Below are positions 24,101-37,241 of a stretch of DNA of 64,000 nucleotides, piece by piece. Source of the DNA: Anaeramoeba ignava BMAN (taxonomy: Eukaryota; Protista; Anaeramoebae); the NCBI GenBank assembly GCA_028826165.1, contig JAPDFW010000136.1, positions 1 through 64,000 on the forward strand, written 5' to 3'. The notes under the pieces were generated by a model. It searched no databases, was not told where the DNA came from, and worked only from the letters and a program-made list of their open reading frames with translations. Within the stretch, counting starts at the first letter, position 1, and each line of letters starts with the position of its first letter. A program made the translations under genes and the position numbers.

Positions 24101-24566
24101 TCAAGCAGAAGTTGAAATTATCAAGAAATTTATTTATTCTGCAACTCAAATTGATTCAATTATCAAAAATTTTGCAAATGAAATTGGAAACTCAAGTTTG
24201 TTAGAAAGAAATATGAAATTTCAACTCAAAAAAGATCTTTCCAATCTTCTTCTTGAAGAAGAAACAAAAGATTTCACACTTTTTGTTGGAGATTCTATGA
24301 TCAAAATACATAAGTTTGTTTTAATGTTAAGAAGTGAATTATTTTTGCAAATGTTTATCAATGTCAATGATAGTTCCAATTCTGTTCATGATTATTCTAA
24401 CAAAAGTTTTAAAGCATTAAAAGGTTTGACTGATTTTTTCTATTCAGATATAATTCATTTAGATGATGAGATTTATCAAGATTTGGAAGATGCCAAAATT
24501 TTTTATCAGTTAAATCAAAATTCCTTTCTTGATTATCATCTTCAACAATTTTCTCAAAAAAAATAA
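21196..24566 (+). CDS. Ankyrin-repeat + BTB/POZ protein, 528 aa, 26 exons including 16 three-nucleotide exons
   Basis: Large exons 21196-21252, 21330-21446, 21515-21616, 21845-21940, 22162-22251, 22509-22610, 22788-22889, 23142-23237, 23449-23547, 23889-24566. All 25 introns are GT-AG, phase 0, 55-95 nt. Ankyrin motifs GRTPIFYSC, GQTPLHLAC, EKTPLHYL, LLESGA. BTB motifs DFTLFVG..IKIHKFVLMLRSELF and FFYSD. Confidence 0.9.
21679..23820 (+). other. Array of 16 single-codon microexons (AG|NNN|GT)
   Basis: 21679-81 AAA, 21757-59 CAA, 22006-08 ATT, 22076-78 ATT, 22339-41 AAA, 22429-31 AAT, 22669-71 AAA, 22727-29 TTT, 22985-87 AAT, 23051-53 AAT, 23298-300 GGA, 23373-75 CTT, 23606-08 ATT, 23667-69 TTT, 23748-50 GAT, 23818-20 GAA. 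15 of 16 are followed by GTA and none is a stop codon. Confidence 0.85.
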
Positions 24567-24694
24567 TAAAAATACAAAACAACCTTTTTTTTTTGAAAGA
24601 AATCCTCTAACATTTCGATTTTTAGATTTTTTTGTTTAGAAAAGAAAAAAGAATTTTTGTTTTTTGTTTTTTGTTTTTTGTTTTTTAGAGCATT

Positions 24695-27600
24695 TTAAAT
24701 TGTGCAATTTCCACTTTTGCAAGTTGTAATAAAAGGAGTTTTAATTTGTTTCAGAAAAACAGAATCATCTTCTAATTTTTTTGATTGAATTACTGAATCA
24801 TCATTCAAATTCAGAACTTGCATTTTTCTTGATTTATCCCTATAAACAGTTGCTCCTTTACAACCTAATTTCCAAGCATCAATAAAGCCTTGTTTTATTT
24901 CTTGATGAGTTGCAGAATTTGGATGATTTATTGTCTTTATAAAAAAAAATGGTAAGAATTTTGAATTTTTGAATTTTTTGGATTTTTGAAGTTAAATTAC
25001 TTTTGAAATTGCATTATCACAATATTTTTGAAAAGTTGCTTGCATTAAAATATGGTCTTTTGCAGAAATATCCATTGCAGTTACAAAAACATCTTTAATA
25101 TTTTGAGGGATTTCTTTGATCTCTTTTAAAGAACCTTTTTCAATAATTTTTTGCATCAATTCTTCAGAATAAATCCCAATTTCCTTGAGTTTTGAAACAA
25201 GAATATCATTTGTATAATTCAACTCGACTTTGCCACCAAAAATATTTTTCATTTTATAAGCTAAAGCAAAATAAGGTTCAATTCCACTTGAAACATTAAA
25301 CAACAAAGAAATGCTTCCAGTTGGAGGGACATTAGTAACTGCAGCATTTCTCATTAATATCCCTTGTGATTTATAAATTGAGTAATCATAATTAGGAAAA
25401 ACTCCTTTTTCATGAGCTAATTTTTGAGAAGCTAAATGGGAATATTCTTGGATAAATTTCATCACATCTTCGCCGATTATTCTTGCTTTTTCAGTGTTAT
25501 ATCCAATATTGAGTTTATAAAGCATATCAGCAAATCCCATAACACCAAGACCAATTCTTCTATTTGATTGGAAAGTGAGCTGGACATGTTCCACTGGGAA
25601 AAATGTTAAATCAATTACATTGTCAAGCATCCTAACAGCTAAATCAATCACTTGCTTTAATCTTTGGTATTGAATTTCTCCATTCCGAACAAAAGTTGAT
25701 AAATTCAAGGAACCCAAATTGCAACAATCTCCATCGTGAAGAAATTGTTCTCCACAAGGATTGCATGCCTCTATTCTTCCCAATCCAGGAAGGGTATTTG
25801 TTTTGTTTACAACATCTAAAAATACGCAACCTGGTTCTCCATTTTCCCAACTATTTTCCACCATTTCGTCAAATATTTCATTTGCTGTTATGGATATTGG
25901 TTTGATATCAATCAGGTTAAAGTTGTTATCTCTTGTGATTCTTCTTGGTTTCATTTTCTTTCCTTGCCATTCACATATCCATGATTTTTTTTCTTTGGAA
26001 ATTACTTGTTCCATAAATTTATCTGTTAATCCAACAGAAATGTTAAAATTACTTAAATCACCTTCTTTTTTTTTACAATGAATGAATTCAAGTATATCAG
26101 GATGATCAACAGAAAGAACAGCCATGTTTGCACTACTTCTTCCATCATTTTTGATTACACCGAAAGTACTAAACAAAATCAAATTTCGATCCAATTTTTA
26201 AAACCATTTTTTAATTTTAATTTTTATTTCAATTTTTATTATAATTTTTATTATAATTTTTATTATAATTTTTATTATAATTTTTATTATAATTTTTATT
26301 ATAATTTTTATTATAATTTTTATTATAATTTTTATTATAATTTTTATTATAATTTTTATTATAATTTTTATTATAATTTTTATTTCAATTTTTATTATAA
26401 TTTTTATTTCAATTTTTATTTCAATTTTTATTTCAATTTTTATTCCAATTTTTATTATAATTTTTATTTCAATTTTTATTTCAATTTTTATTCAATTTTT
26501 TTACAATTTTAATTATAATTTTTATTCCAATTTTTATTCAATTTTTATTCCAATTTTTATTTCAATTTTTATTTCAATTTTTATTCCAATTTTTATTATA
26601 ATTTTAAATTCAATTTTTATTTCAATTTTTATTTCAATTTTTATTATAATTTTTATTTCAATTTTTATTTCAATTTTATTTATATTTTTTTTTTTTTTTA
26701 TTTCAGTTTTTTATTTTTATTTCAATTTTTATTTCAATTTTTATTTCAATTTTTATTTCAATTTTTATTTCAATTTTTATTTCAATTTTTTCTAATTTTT
26801 ATTATATTTTTTATTTCAATTTTTATTCCAATTTTTATTCAGTTTTATTTCAATTTTTATTTCAATTTTTATTTTTATTTCAATTTTTATTTATTTTTTT
26901 ATTTCAATTTTTATTTCAATTTTTATTTCAATTTTATTATAATTTTTATTTCAATTTTTATTTCAATTTTTATTTCAATTTTTATTTCAATTTTTATTTC
27001 AATTTTTATTTCAATTTTTATTTCAATTTTTATTCCAATTTTTATTTCAATTTTTATTTCAATTTTTATTTCAATTTTTATTTCAATTTTTATTATAATT
27101 TTTATTTCAATTTTTATTATAATTTTTATTCCAATTTTTATTATAATTTTTATTATAATTTTAAATTCAATTTTTATTCCAATTTTTATTTCAATTTTTA
27201 TTTCAATTTTTATTTCAATTTTTATTTCAATTTTTATTTCAATTTTTATTCCAATTTTTATTTCAATTTTTATTTCAATTTTTATTTCAATTTTTATTTC
27301 AATTTTTATTTCAATTTTTATTCCAATTTTTATTTCAATTTTTATTTCAATTTTTTTCAATTTTTATTAATTTTTATTATAATTTTTATTTCAATTTTAT
27401 TTCAATTTTTATTTCAATTTTTATTCCAATTTTTATTTCAATTTTTATTTTAATTTTTATTTCAATTTTTATTATAATTTTTATTATAATTTTTATTATA
27501 ATTTTTATTATAATTTTTATTTCAATTTTTATTCCAATTTTTATTTCAATTTTTATTTCAATTTTTATTTCATTTTTATTTCAATTTTTTTATTTCAATT

Positions 27601-28690
27601 TTTATTTAATTTTTATTTCAATTTTTATTTCAATTTTTATTTCCAATTTTTATTTCAATTTTTATTTCAATTTTTATTTTAATTTTTATTATAATTTTTA
27701 TTTCAATTTTTATTATAATTTTTATTATAATTTTTATTATAATTTTTATTATAATTTTTATTATAATTTTTATTTCAATTTTTATTTCAATTTTTATTCC
27801 AATTTTTATTATAATTTTTATTTCAATTTTTATTATAATTTTTATTCCAATTTTTATTTCAATTTTTATTTCAATTTTTATTTCAATTTTTATTTCAATT
27901 TTTATTTCAATTTTTATTTCAATTTTTATTTCAATTTTTATTTCAATTTTTATTTCAATTTTTATTATAATTTTTATTTCAATTTTTATTATAATTTTTA
28001 TTCCAATTTTTATTTCAATTTTTATTTCAATTTTTATTCCAATTTTTATTTCAATTTTTATTTCAATTTTTATTTCAATTTTTATTTCAATTTTTATTAT
28101 AATTTTTATTCCAATTTTTATTTCAATTTTTATTTCAATTTTTATTTCAATTTTAAATATAATTTGAAGAGCATTTACGTATCATAAATATGCATAAAAG
28201 AAACAGGTCCACTTGAATGATATAATTTTGTTAAGGTTCCAGCAGGTCTTAATTTATGAAATGGAAATCCAATTCCACATCCAGCTTGCTGTAACAAAGC
28301 AGCTTTTCTCAAAGTTGAAAAAATTGATTCAATATTATCATTCATATGTAAAACAACACAATTACTAATTAATTTTGAACCAGGAATTCCTGTTGAAATA
28401 AGGGTTCTTCCAGCAGGAGTAAATTCGAAATTGGATATAATATTTGCAAATTGTTCTTGATAATCAGAAATGATTTTTTCACTTTTATCATAATTTTGTT
28501 CCACTTCTGCTAATCCTTTTGATACTCTTTGTATTAATTGTTCTGGAGATTCTAAAATTTTATTATTATTTTTTCCTGTTCCTTTTCGAAGATATCTTTG
28601 AGCAAGAACTTGAAGTCCATTTGGTAAAAAGGGTAATGTAGTTTTAATTTGTTCAATTGATATTTCTTTTGGTTTAAAATTTTCGAACAT
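24695..28690 (-). CDS. nrdJ: Class II (adenosylcobalamin-dependent) ribonucleotide reductase, 639 aa. Exons 28690-28179, 26168-25001, 24934-24695
   Basis: FTPAGRTL, SNCVV, LRPAG, SSGPVSFM, ANMAVLSVDHPDI, NFNISV, GEPG, NPCGEQ..CNLGSLNL, RRIGLGVMG, PPTGSIS. Exon 3 has KGATVYRDKSR..QVL (no class I YY pair) and a C-terminal CKSGNC. Introns 28178-26169 and 25000-24935 are GT-AG; spliced length 1920 nt. Confidence 0.92.
26215..28155. repeat. 12-bp minisatellite (AATTTTTATT + TC/AT/CC) filling RNR intron 1
   Basis: About 1.9 kb of tandem 12-mers between intact donor and acceptor. Confidence 0.95.
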
Positions 28691-28899
28691 TTTTAAAGTA
28701 TTAATCAAACAAAAATTAATTAAATAACAAAATAATTTAATTTAATTTAAATTAATTAACTAAAAATAAAACAAAATAACGATAAAATATTATTTAAAAA
28801 AAAAATGTTTTTTTCTCTTTTCTTTTTTTCCTTTTTTTTAAATAGTGTTTTATTTTTATTTTAACGGCTAATTTAAAAAATAAAAAAAAATCAAAAATA

Positions 28900-29430
28900 T
28901 TAATTCAATTTATTTAATTCAATTTTGATTATCTTGTTCCACTTTTTTTATTTAATTCAATTTATTTAATTCAATTTATTTATTTTTGATTATTTTGTTC
29001 CATTTTTTTTATTTAATTCAATTTATTTTATTTCAATTCATTTTAATTCAATTTATTTAATTTAATTTATTTAATTCAATTTATTTAATTCAATTTATTA
29101 ATCCAATTTATTTAATTTAATTTTGATTATTTAATTCAATTCAATTTATTCCATTTTCAATTTAATTTAATTCAATTTATTCAATTCAATTTATTTAATT
29201 CAATTTATTTAATTTAATTTATTTAATTCAATTTATTTAATTCAATTTATTTAATTCAATTTATTTAATTCAATTTATTTAATTCAATTTATTTATTTAA
29301 TTCAATTTTTTTTATTTAATTCAATTTATTTAATTCAATTTATTTAATTCAATTTATTTAATTTAATTTTAATTTATTTTAATTATTTTAATTTTTGATT
29401 AATCTTGTTCCACTTTTTTTATTTATTTTG
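28900..29430. repeat. Intergenic tandem repeat, about 14 bp (TTTAATTCAATTTA), with three TTGTTCCA-containing variants
   Basis: Direct inspection. Confidence 0.85.
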
Positions 29431-29432
29431 AT

Positions 29433-30317
29433 TTAATTTTGATTATTTGATTCTTCAATTTCCTTTTTCTCGTCTGATTTTAAAATAGACAAAGAAAGTT
29501 CATACATTTCTTGAGATTGAGAAAAACCAACCTTTTCAAAAAAATCACGACAATTAGATAAATGAGACAAAGGAGATTGTTTAGTAGCATAACAAAGTTT
29601 AGCAAGACAAGAAGGACAAAGATAATGAGGATGATCATCAGATTCCACTCTATTATTTGAACCATTCATATTACAAGGATGAAGAATACAATGAGGAATA
29701 GAGAAAATATGACCAATTTCATGAGAAGCAGTTTTGAGAGTTCTTGACAAACAAAGTTGATAAGATTCTTCACTTTCTTCAGGATCTCCATTGCGATAAA
29801 TAGACCAAACTCCAACTCTTTTATGAAGATAAGCCATTCCAAAAACAAAATTCCAATTTTTGCCAGGCCAAAGATCATAAAGAGACAAAGCAATCAACAT
29901 AACGGCATCTTTTGGTAAAGAAGGAACCAAAATTTCATCCATAATATAATGTGTTTCAAGTTGAAAATCACCCCAATCTGGATGAATTCTTTGTGCTTTT
30001 GATGGGAATTTTTCGATCGTTAGATCTTCAAATACTTTTGTTTCAATTCCAAAAAATTTCCTTAAATATTCTTCAAGATCTTCAATGATTTTTCTTGCTT
30101 TTCCTGTGAATATTCCTATTGGTTGAATATAAATGAATTTTTGATTTTCTTTGACTTGAGTTGGTGAACTTTCTAAATATTGCTCAAATGTTTGGTTTTT
30201 TTCTTTGTGTTCTGCTAACCAATCTCCTTTTTTTGGTTTTGGTTTTGGTTTGTGAAGGTTTTCAAGTTGAGAAATGAGATTTTTTAATTCTTTTAAATTT
30301 GGATCTTTTTGTTCCAT
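29433..30317 (-). CDS. Archaemetzincin (peptidase M54) zinc metalloprotease
   Basis: Intronless 294-aa ORF; HEIGHIFSIPHC, CNMN Met-turn and CPSC second zinc site; WNFVFG and GDWLAEH motifs. Confidence 0.9.
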   Translation of the reverse strand: MEQKDPNLKELKNLISQLENLHKPKPKPKKGDWLAEHKEKNQTFEQYLESSPTQVKENQKFIYIQPIGIFTGKARKIIEDLEEYLRKFFGIETKVFEDLTIEKFPSKAQRIHPDWGDFQLETHYIMDEILVPSLPKDAVMLIALSLYDLWPGKNWNFVFGMAYLHKRVGVWSIYRNGDPEESEESYQLCLSRTLKTASHEIGHIFSIPHCILHPCNMNGSNNRVESDDHPHYLCPSCLAKLCYATKQSPLSHLSNCRDFFEKVGFSQSQEMYELSLSILKSDEKKEIEESNNQN

Positions 30318-30434
30318 TTTTTTAATAAAAGAAAAAAAAGAAGAAAAAAAAAATGAAAAATAAAAAGGAGAAAAAAAAATATTTTTTCATTTTTTTCATT
30401 TTTCATTTTTAAATTTACGTTTTCTTTAATTAAA

Positions 30435-33400
30435 ATGAGCAAATTATTTGATAAAACAAAATTAAAAAGAAGTCAAATTAAAACAAAACTTGAAAGTGAT
30501 TATGTAAATGATGTTTTTGAAGGATTAAGAATGGTTATTGTTGTAAGTAATCAAAAAAACAATAAAAATCAAAAGAATAACGCAAACAAATATAATATTT
30601 ATTTTAATATTAATTTTAATTTTAATTTTATAAATGAATTTTAATTTTATAAATGAATTTTAATTTTATAAATGAATTTTAATTTTATAAATGAATTTTA
30701 AATATAATATTGATTTTAAATTTTAATTTTAATATTAATTATAATTTTTAATTTTAATTTTAATTTTAATATTGATTATAATATTAATATTAATTTTAAT
30801 TATAATTACAAATATAATATTGATTATAATTTAATATTAATTTTAATTATAATTTTAATATTAAATATTAATTTTTAAATTATAATTTAATTTTAAATTT
30901 TAATTTTAATTTTAATTTTAATTTTAATTTTAATTTTAATTTTAATTTTTAATTTTTAATTTTAATTTTAATTTTAATTTTAATTTTAATTTTAATTTTA
31001 ATTTTAATTTTAATTTTAATTATAATATTAAATATAATATTAATATTAATTTTAATATTAATTTTAATTTTAATTTTAATTTTATAAATGTATTTTAATT
31101 TTAATTTTATAAATGTATTTTAATTTTAATTTTAATTTTATAAATGAATTTTAATTTTAATTTTAATTTTAATATTAATTTTAATTTTAATTTTAATTAT
31201 AATTTTAATTTTAATTTTATAAATGAATTTTAATTATAATTTTAATTTTATAAATGAATTTTAATTTTAATTTTAATTTTATAAATGAATTTTAATTTTA
31301 TAAATGAATTTTAATTTTATAAATGAATTTTAATTTAATTATGTAAATAGATGATGTCAAAAGGAAAATCAACAGTTGAATTTTTTCCAGTAGTAATCAA
31401 GAATATTTTTGTGAACGAAATGCGGATCAAAAAATTAGTATACCTTTACCTAGTTCATCACGCAGAACTAAACCCTGATTTAGCATTACTATCAGTGAGC
31501 ACATTTCAAAAGGATTTAAAAAACAACAATCAATTAATACGGGCTTTAGCATTAAAAGTAATGTCATCAATAAAAGTTCCGATGATTTCACATTTGATTC
31601 TTATGGCTATACAAGACTCAGTGTCTGACAAGTCACCATATGTTCGCCGAGCAGCAGCATTAGCTATACCCAAAGTTTACGGGCTTGATAACGAGCACAA
31701 AGTGTCTTTAATGGGACTTATGGAGACACTATTAAATGACAAGCACCCGATGGTTCTTGGAGGTGCCTTTGCTGCCTTTAACGAATTGTGTCCTGAAGAA
31801 TATCAGTTGATCAATCCGAATTTTAAGAAGATATGCCAGCTTCTTCCTGAGTGCGATGAATGGGGCCAGATTGCAGGCTTGTCCCTTCTGTTGAGATATT
31901 GTCGCACTCAATTTGTTGATCCTAATAAGGGTCTTGATTTCTCAATTATGAACAAAAAAACTAAAGATGAGGAAGACCAAGATTTCTGGAAAAGTTCCGA
32001 AAGCAAGTCTGATGATGACGATAATCAACCTAAGCCTTCAAAGATGGACCCAGACCATAGGCTTGTTTTGAGAGCTACTGCTCCTCTTTTACGTTCTCAT
32101 AATTCTGCTGTTGTTTCAAGTGTTGCTATTCTCCATTTTTATCTTGCTCCTCGTTCTGAAATCTCTCTTGTTGGTAAGGCTTTGATTAAACTTCTCAAGA
32201 ATAGCCCAGAAGTTCAGTTTATTGTTCTTTCTAATATTGCAACTATTTGCAATAAATATCCTGTAAATTATTTAAATATTTATTTTAATATTTTAATTTA
32301 ATTAAATATTTATTTAAATATTTATTTTAATATTTATTTATTTAAATATTTATTTAAATATTTATTTTAATATTTATTTATTTAAATATTTATTTTAATA
32401 TTTATTTATTTAAATATTTATTTTAATATTTATTTATTTTAATATTTTAATTTAATTAAATATTTATTTATTTATTTATTTTAATATTTATTTTAATATT
32501 TTAATATTTATTAAATATTTATTTTAATATTTTAATATTTATTAAATATTTATTTATAAATAGGAGCTTTTCCGTTCTCATTATAAAGAGTTCTTGGTTT
32601 CTTCAACAGATCCTGAATACATTCGAACTTTGAAACTTAATATCCTTACCCAAATTGTTGATGATTCAAATGTTTATTCAATTTTAAAAGAAGCAAGAGA
32701 ATACCTTAAAAGTTCAAACACAAAACTTGTTATTGATACAATTCATGTAAAAAAAATATTTTTCAAAAAAATTGAAATTGAAATAAAAATCGAAATAAAA
32801 ATTGAAATTATTATTTGTAAATAAAGACAATTGGAAAATGTGGAACAGCTGTTGCAACAGTCGCAAACGCTTGTTTAACTCGATTAATGGGTTTGATTTC
32901 TCACAAATCAGAATCAGTTGCTGCTGAAAGTATTGTGGAGATAAAAAGACTCTTACAACAAAAACCAGATGAACATATTGATATCATTACTCAACTTACA
33001 AACATGATTGATGTCATCGCAGAAAACAATGCACGCGCTGCTATACTTTGGCTTGTTGGTGAATATTCTGATAAAATCCCAAAATTAGCTCCTGATGCTC
33101 TCAGAAAATGTGTGAAAACTTTTCGAAATGAAGATGTTATTGTGAAACTTCAGGTAAAAATTTTTCAAAATTTAAAAAAAAAAAAATTGTTTCTTCATAT
33201 ATTTATTTAAATCATTCAAAAGATTTTGAATTTGGCAGCTAAGATTTACACAAGAAACAAAGAACAAACATCATTGCTTGTGGAATATGTTTTGAATCTT
33301 GCTAAATATGATTTGAATTATGATGTCAGAGATCGAGGAAGATACATTCGAGCTTTAATATTTGGAGAATCACAAGTTTCCAAGCATAAAGATGAATTAA

Positions 33401-35565
33401 TTTTAACAGAAAAACCATCACCAACTTGGAAGTCAATTAGCGGAGGTATTAAAAATTCAAAAACTATTTTAAAAAAATTTTTTTCATCAACATGAAATTG
33501 AAAAAACAAATCAAAAAAATTTTTCATAAACATGAAATGAAAAAAAAAACAAAAAAAGATATCGACATCTACACTTTGGGAACCTTATCATTGATAGTTC
33601 AACAACCTCTTCAAGGTTTCCTCAAATTACCCGAATTCCCAGAAACACCACCAAATCCTAAACTTCGAGAAAGCAAAGAATTTGGGAAGAAACAAACCAA
33701 GCAAATATCACAAAAAGCAAAAAGAAACAAAAGAAGAATCAACAAAGAGTATCATTTCTTGTTTTCAGAAGATGAAGATTTTTATTCGAGCACAAAATCC
33801 GAGGCTGAAAAGAAAAGCTCTCGAAGTTCAGAAAGCACATCAAGATCTCGTTCAACTTCCAGATCAACCTCAAGATCGAAATCAACATCAACATCAAAAT
33901 CAACATCAAGATCCAGTTCAAGATCTACATCAAGATCCACATCAAAATCATCAAAGTCAAAGTCAAAATCCAAATCAAAGTCAAAATCAAAGTCAAAGTC
34001 AAAGTCAAAGTCAAAATCAACATCAACGTCAAAATCTTCAAGATCTCGATCTGATTCTCGTTCAAAATCAACGTCAAAATCAACGTCAAAATCACGATCA
34101 AAATCCAGAACAACATCTTCTGATTCTGATTCTGAATCCCATTCCGATCATGAAAAAAAAAAGAAAGAAGAACAAACACCAAAAAAAATGGAGTTGAGTT
34201 TGAATGATCTTTTCTTTAATTCTTCACAAAGTAAAATCATTAATGAAAAATTTGAATTTTTTTCACAATTAATTTTTTTTTTAAATTTTAAATTTTAGCT
34301 TCGAATACAAATCAAGAGAATCAAGATAATCAAGAAAACCAAGTAATAGAACAAATTTCTCTTCCTGAATTTGAAAAGAAAACACTTCTCAATAGAGTAA
34401 AAGGAAATGGTCTTGAAATTCAATATCGAATATCAAGAAAAAAAAGTACATTTCAATTTCATACAATTGTTGATTTATTCTTTACAAATCATACAAAACA
34501 ATCTTTGGAAGATATTAAAATGTCATCAGATTCAGAGAATGTTATTCCTTTTTCTTCAATTAAAATGATTGATAGCAAACAAACTTATGAAACTAGTTGC
34601 AATATCAATTTTATGGTTAAAACAGAATCTGTGAACTTAACAATTGAGTAAAAAAAATTTATTTCAATTTAATATTTATTTCAATTTAATTATTTATTTT
34701 AATTTAATATTTAATTTAATTTAATATTTATTTCAATTTAATATTTATTTTAATTCAATATTTATTTCAATTTAATATTTATTTTAATTTAATATTTATT
34801 TTAATTTAATATTTATTTCAATTTAATATTTATTTTAATTTAATATTTATTTCAATTTAATATTTATTTTAATTTAATATTTATTTTAATTTAATATTTA
34901 TTTTAATTTAATATTTATTTTAATTTAATATTTATTTTAATTTAATATTTATTTTAATTTAATATTTATTTTAATTTAATATTTATTTTAATTTATTTCA
35001 ATTTAATATTTATTTCAATTTAATATTTATTTCAATTTAATATTTATTTTAATTTATTTCAATTTATTTTAATTTAATATTTTAATTTAATATTTATTTT
35101 AATTTAATATTTATTTTAATTTAATATTTATTTTAATTTAAAATTTATTTTAATTTAAAATTTATTTTAATTTATTATTTATTTCAATTTATTTCTAGAT
35201 CTCAACTTGGTAATTTCGCTGTTAAATTAACTCCTTCTCTTGGAGAAATTCTTGATCCTCAATTAATCAAAGAATCAGAATTTGATTCAATTTGCAGTCA
35301 ATTAACTGGAATGAACCAAACAACTTCTGATTTGGAAGATTCTAATAAAACACTTGATGAAATTAAAACATTGATTTTAAATGCAGTTAATATCTCACTT
35401 ATTAATTCTTCTGAATCTATTCTCAAGTTTTATGGAATTACAAATGAACCAAATTCAAAACAAATTTTCGTTCAAATTCAGAACAACAAATTAAATATCT
35501 ATTCAGATAATATGTATTTAATACATATTTTACTGAAAGATATTAAGATGGCAATTCAGAATTGA
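30435..35565 (+). CDS. AP3B: AP-3 complex beta subunit. Exons 30435-30542, 31351-32262, 32564-32746, 32827-33153, 33223-33445, 33559-34230, 34299-34647, 35199-35565
   Basis: Adaptin trunk motifs KKLVYLYLVHHAE, LALLSVSTFQKDL, IRALALKVMSSI, DKSPYVRRAAALAIPK, DEWGQ, MDPDHRLVL, ILWLVGEY, YDLNYDVRDRGR, GTLS; Ser/acidic hinge; seven GT-AG introns keep frame. Confidence 0.92.
30600..31340. repeat. TTTTAA and TTTTATAAATGAATTTTAA repeats filling AP3B intron 1 (introns 32263-32563 and 34648-35198 are also repeat-filled)
   Basis: Direct inspection. Confidence 0.9.
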
Positions 35566-35579
35566 TTTTCCATTTTTAA

Positions 35580-36075
35580 TTCAAATCATTTCAATTTTCA
35601 TTTTCAATTCAATTTTCATTTCAATTTTCATTTTGATTTTCAATTCAATTTTCATTCAATTTTCAATTTTCAATTTCCATTTTGGTTTTCAATTCAAATT
35701 TCATTTCAATAAAAATCAAATCAATTTCCATTTCAATTTTCATTTCAATTTAATTTTCATTTCAATTTCCATTTTCAATTCAATTTATTTAATTCAATTT
35801 TCATTTCAATTTCCATTTCAATTTTCAATTCAATTTTCATTTCAATTTTCAATTTAATTTTCATTTCAATTTTCAATTTAATTTTCATTTCAATTTTCAT
35901 TTCAATTTTCATTTCAATTTTCATTTCAATTTTCAATTCAATTTTCATTTCAATTTTCATTTCAATTTTCAATTCAATTTCCAATAAAAATCAATTCAAT
36001 TTTCAATTCAATTTTCATTTTGATTTTCAATTCAATTTTCAATTTTCAATTCAATTTTCAATAAAAATCAATTCA
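35580..36075. repeat. Intergenic TTTTCAATTCAA/TTTTCATTTCAA repeat between convergent genes
   Basis: Direct inspection. Confidence 0.85.
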
Positions 36076-36258
36076 AAAAAATCAAAATCTTTTTTTTTTC
36101 CGTTTTTTTTTGCTTTTATTTTGAAAGTTTTTTTTTGGATTTTGATAATCAAAAGCAAAAAAAAAAAAAGTAAAGTAAAGTAAAGTAAAGTAAATTAAAG
36201 TAAATTAATTAAAAAAAAAAAGATCAATTAAAAAGAAAAAAGAAAAAAGGAATAAAAA

Positions 36259-37241
36259 TTAATCTGAACTTTCTGAAGATTCTGATGTAGAAGAAAAGAA
36301 ACGAGCTTGTTTTTTGTTGTATTCAACCAATTCTTTTTCATATCTGTCTTTTTCTTCTTGAGCCTTTTTTTGGTATTTCTATTTAAAATTTTTTAATTAA
36401 ATTTTTTAATTTAATTTTTTAATTCAATTTTTTAATTCAATTTTTTAATTTAATTTTTTAATTTAATTTTTTAATTTAATTTTTTAATTTAATTTTTTAA
36501 TTTAATTTTTTAATTTAATTTACCTTCTTCTCTTTTTCGGATAATGCTTTCCACATCTTGGAAATTCTTTTGCTTAATTTCCCTACTTTAATTCCTTTTT
36601 CTTCTTCAAGAATTTTGGCACGAACTTCTTGAGCATAAAGAAGATAAGAATTTCTTGGTTTTTTTGGAGGAGGAACAAATTGAGCTTTTCGATGTCTTCT
36701 TGTTTTTCTAACGTATTTATGTTCTTCTTCTTTTTCTTCTTTTGGAGGATGAGTTTTTCTCATATTCTTTAAGTTCTTTTTCATAACGTTCCTTATCAGC
36801 TTCAGCTTTATTTTGGTAAATCTATTATTGAAAAATTTTTTTTAATTTAATTTTTTTAATTAATTTTTTTAATTAATTTTTTTAATTATTTTTTTAATTA
36901 ATTTTTAATAAGGATCGTTATTTTGAATTTTTTTGTTTTTTTTGCTTTTTTCTTTTTTTTATATCTTTCTTAATTTTTTTTCTGTCTATTCTTACTTTCT
37001 TCTCCTTTTCATCGAGTTCTTTCCACATTTTACCAATGATCTTACTTAAAGCTCCAACTTTAATTCCTTTGTTTTTATCCATCACATCTTGTCTCTTTTC
37101 AGATGCAAAAATCAAATAGGAATTCTTTGGTTTCTTTGGTGGTGCATCTGGATTTTGTTCTACTGTTTTTTCTACTTTTGGTTTTGTTTCTTTTTTTGTT
37201 TCTGTTTTTGTTGTTTTTTTTGTTTTGGTTTTTCTGTTCAT
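36259..37241 (-). CDS. Protein with two HMG boxes (HMGB/Nhp6-like). Exons 37241-36996, 36821-36524, 36378-36259; one +1 homopolymer indel near 36754-36758
   Basis: PPKKPKNSYLIFASEKR..LSKIIGKMWKEL..EKK|IYQNKAEADKERYEKEL and PPKKPRNSYLLYAQEVR..MWKALSEKEKK|KYQKKAQEEKDRYEKEL; GT-AG introns 36995-36822 and 36523-36379. Confidence 0.9.

Noticed and set aside
24695-28690. Intein or self-splicing intron in the RNR gene
   Set aside because: The spliced protein is colinear with NrdJ and the 2-kb insertion is a GT-AG intron of 12-mer repeats.
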